Source: an archaeon (GTDB lineage: Archaea; Asgardarchaeota; Thorarchaeia; Thorarchaeales; Thorarchaeaceae). Taken from it: a stretch of DNA of 57,736 nucleotides. Positions 55,350-57,736 of this stretch are shown piece after piece. The notes beneath the pieces are model-generated. The model ran no database searches and was not told where the DNA came from. It worked only from the letters and a program-made list of their open reading frames with translations. How positions within the stretch are numbered: position 1 is the first letter of the stretch; the number at the start of each line of letters is the position of its first letter. Made by a program: the position numbers and the translations under genes. Where the stretch lies: positions 1 to 57,736 of the forward strand of contig JAJRWI010000062.1 in NCBI GenBank assembly GCA_024276825.1. The letters are read 5' to 3'.

Positions 55350-56177
55350 TTATACTTGCATCTTCTCAACAAAGTCTGTGAGAAGTTGTATGTATTTTTT
55401 GCTCTGAATCAGGTATGGAAAGTGATTTGCACTACTGTCAAATGTGAATATATCCGCGTCAGGATATGCATTCACAATCTCAGTCTGTAACTCTTCTGGA
55501 ACAAGAGGATCATTCTCGGTATTGATGATCAGCACATGCTCAACATCAGGAGGTTTAACAAGATCTTCAAATATGAAACTCTTCAATCGAGCCATGATTG
55601 CATCCTTGGACACGGTTGTGAATAGTTCATCTGTCAGGTACTGCCGAGCTGCTTCATGTCTGATGTTCTTCAGAGGGCTTTTCATCACACTCTTTATGAT
55701 GAAGCCAGGAATGAGCCTTGAGAGCTTCAATACTCGGTGAAACTTCATCCTGTAATATTGAGATGAGCAGAACGTGTTTCCTAGAACAAGCCCCTTTACA
55801 ATTTCTGGATACTTGATAGCAAAGTATTGACCAATGAATCCCCCGAATGATGTCCCCAATAGGACTATCTTTTTAATACTCAGTTCATCGAGAAACAGCT
55901 TAAGTTGAACCGAGATCTCTTCAGCTGATGTTATTGGTGGGACATTGACACCAATGACTCGCATTCGTTTTGAAAGCTCTCGCATCTGCAGCCAGAAGAT
56001 CTCAGCATTTCCGATTGTGCCATGAATAAACACAAATGCAAATGGCAAGGGGTTATCGCAATTTGTCAGATCATGATACTGCCAATCAAAACCATTAACT
56101 GTCATTGAGTGTAGTTTGTTGACCTCACGAAAGTTGTGAAGCTCTTCAAGAGTCCAGTCATCATTTATCTCATTCAT
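55350..56177 (-). CDS. Alpha/beta hydrolase, maspardin-like
   Basis: FIHG, GTSFGG nucleophile elbow, NDPLV, NHFPYL. Confidence 0.85.
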   Translation of the reverse strand: MNEINDDWTLEELHNFREVNKLHSMTVNGFDWQYHDLTNCDNPLPFAFVFIHGTIGNAEIFWLQMRELSKRMRVIGVNVPPITSAEEISVQLKLFLDELSIKKIVLLGTSFGGFIGQYFAIKYPEIVKGLVLGNTFCSSQYYRMKFHRVLKLSRLIPGFIIKSVMKSPLKNIRHEAARQYLTDELFTTVSKDAIMARLKSFIFEDLVKPPDVEHVLIINTENDPLVPEELQTEIVNAYPDADIFTFDSSANHFPYLIQSKKYIQLLTDFVEKMQV

Positions 56178-56221
56178 GATTCAGATAAGAGGACTTTCTA
56201 ATGCTATAAAGATGGCGGATC

Positions 56222-56860
56222 TCATTTCTCACGTCCTTCTCGTTCTAGAGCAACGGTTCTCCATGCAAGACAGGTGCCCACGGTCTCAAGGGGACTCCAA
56301 TGAGCGGCAATCTCCTTGACCTTCTTTGGTGTAGGGAGTTCATTGAGCTTGTAGAGTATCTGAACACCTTTCCTGACTCCAAGATCGTTTGGAGCCAGAA
56401 CATCCAGTCTACCCAGTGAGAAAATGAGATACATCTGCACGGTCCATTCACCAACTCCCTTGATTGCGGAGAACAACTTGCAGATCTCATCAGATGATAG
56501 ACTGCTGAGGGAGTCTGCAGTGCCATATTCTGCAAGAAAGCCATTGGGACTGAAAGCCTCTACAATGTTGTGCACATATGATGCCTTCTGCCTTGATAGG
56601 CCCACACTTCGCAACTCGTCTTGATCCTTTGATAGCAGGGACTCGGGAGTCAATTCGCCAACCAGATCAGTCAGTCTGCCGAGAATCGTCTTTGCCGCTT
56701 TACCTGACAGCTGCTGATAGACCACGGATTTTACAAGCATCAAAAAGGGATCTTCGAGTGTGGGCTTCAGGTTTAGATCTGCGCTTCTTATTGCAGACTC
56801 CAGTTCGGGTGCCTGTTTGATGAATCGCTCAAGCACTCTCTTTGTGAATATGTTCCTCAT
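56222..56860 (-). CDS. alkA: DNA-3-methyladenine glycosylase II (HhH-GPD)
   Basis: VYQQLSGKAA, GLSRQKASY, IKGVGEWT, DVLAPNDLGV, HWSP. Confidence 0.9.
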   Translation of the reverse strand: MRNIFTKRVLERFIKQAPELESAIRSADLNLKPTLEDPFLMLVKSVVYQQLSGKAAKTILGRLTDLVGELTPESLLSKDQDELRSVGLSRQKASYVHNIVEAFSPNGFLAEYGTADSLSSLSSDEICKLFSAIKGVGEWTVQMYLIFSLGRLDVLAPNDLGVRKGVQILYKLNELPTPKKVKEIAAHWSPLETVGTCLAWRTVALEREGREK

Positions 56861-57035
56861 ACGGTTAAGTAGGATGTTGGATTATTAATGGTATGTTTCA
56901 CGAACTTGAAAACAGAAATGAAAGAAATTTTGAACGATTGATTTAGCGGACTGACTGAGAGATAAATACGAAATCTGATTGAAATTAAAAGTGGAAGGAG
57001 TATCTAAAGAGGAAGATATCTGGTAAAATCTCCAT

Positions 57036-57736
57036 TTATAGGTGATACCTATGTCTGTCAATGAACTCCTGCTTCTTTGACTTGTTCCATGATGACAGAC
57101 TCTGCAGATATCCAGTGACCCGTGAGATGATATCCACGCCCACAAAGCCGCACTTCGGACAGGGAATCCTGTCGAGGTCTTCAACTGTCGCAAACCGCGC
57201 GTTTCGCCAGTCAATGCCCTCTTGGTGGCCACACCGAGAGCAATGCAGAATGTCTTTTGTGAAGGCCCAATATGAATTTAACGTCGACCTAGCGATTTTC
57301 AGGGTCAGCTTCCAGAGTGCATCGGGATCGGGATTAGCCTCGCCGAGGTAGATGTGAGTCAGAGCACCGCCGTCCATATAGGGATGAAACATTCCCTCCT
57401 TCCTAATGCGTTCACTGAGAGGCAGATCGGCACCGACGTAGAGAGTGGTAGAGTTGGTGTAGTAAACATTGGGGGCCTCGCCCTTTAGGTACTTACGAAT
57501 ACCGGGATAGGCCCGATAGTCCTTAGCAGCAAGGCGGCCTGCAGCACTCTCAGCAGGTGTCCGGGTGACACCGAAGGACAGGCCTGTTTCCTCTTCAAAC
57601 TCCTTAGCCTTTGCCTTAAGGTATTTCAGGACCTTGATACCGAACCGTGTGCCCTCTCTCTCATGTAGATGGTGACCTGTGAGTATATAGGCCATTTCTT
57701 CAAAGCCAACGGTGCCCAGCAGAAACTCGCGTTTAC
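57036..57736 (-). CDS. nrdD: Anaerobic (class III) ribonucleoside-triphosphate reductase, C-terminal part; 5'-truncated by window edge
   Basis: TPAESAAGRLA, YYTNS, GGALTHI, CSRC..CPKC, SRVTGYL glycyl-radical loop, WNKSKKQE. Confidence 0.93.
   Translation of the reverse strand, partial: KREFLLGTVGFEEMAYILTGHHLHEREGTRFGIKVLKYLKAKAKEFEEETGLSFGVTRTPAESAAGRLAAKDYRAYPGIRKYLKGEAPNVYYTNSTTLYVGADLPLSERIRKEGMFHPYMDGGALTHIYLGEANPDPDALWKLTLKIARSTLNSYWAFTKDILHCSRCGHQEGIDWRNARFATVEDLDRIPCPKCGFVGVDIISRVTGYLQSLSSWNKSKKQEFIDRHRYHL

Noticed and set aside
44-57351. Numerous short ORFs antisense to or nested within the called genes
   Set aside because: They are shadows of well-supported genes and have no motifs of their own

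Overview
Gene-dense, ~44% GC archaeal chromosomal segment. Proteasome alpha, archaeal DtdA, LipS1/LipS2 and a TrmB HTH mark it as archaeal. Roadblock, longin, Rab-like and beta-propeller/winged-helix proteins point to an Asgard archaeon, most plausibly Thorarchaeia (inference). I saw no rRNA, tRNA or CRISPR array. Housekeeping content: a beta-oxidation cluster, an aminotransferase, ThiF, RimI, a RimK-type ligase, NrdG/NrdD, the sLplAB-LipS1/S2 lipoate pathway, TusA-IscS-IscU, LarE and AlkA. Two observations stand out. (1) A probable unannotated selenoprotein at 24047-24850 that the ORF track truncates. It has an in-frame TGA in a C-S-S-U motif and a eukaryote-type SECIS-like hairpin (AUGA-N11-AAA...GA) built on its own stop codon. 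(2) A kinase-free signalling operon at 42309-48464: a dCache-HAMP-TPR-vWA receptor, an output-less dCache-HAMP partner and a bacterial-type arginine decarboxylase. Both sensor pockets carry Glu at the position of the carboxylate-binding Arg, suggesting production and sensing of an amine such as agmatine. Also notable: a missed CdrS-like RHH gene ahead of two 7-Cys paralogs, a TrmB with a ~1100-aa helical insertion, a Rab-like pseudo-GTPase, an IscS lacking its PLP lysine, an IscU fused to a degenerate TrxR domain, and a decayed IS607-like fragment. All calls come from reading motifs by eye; no searches were run.
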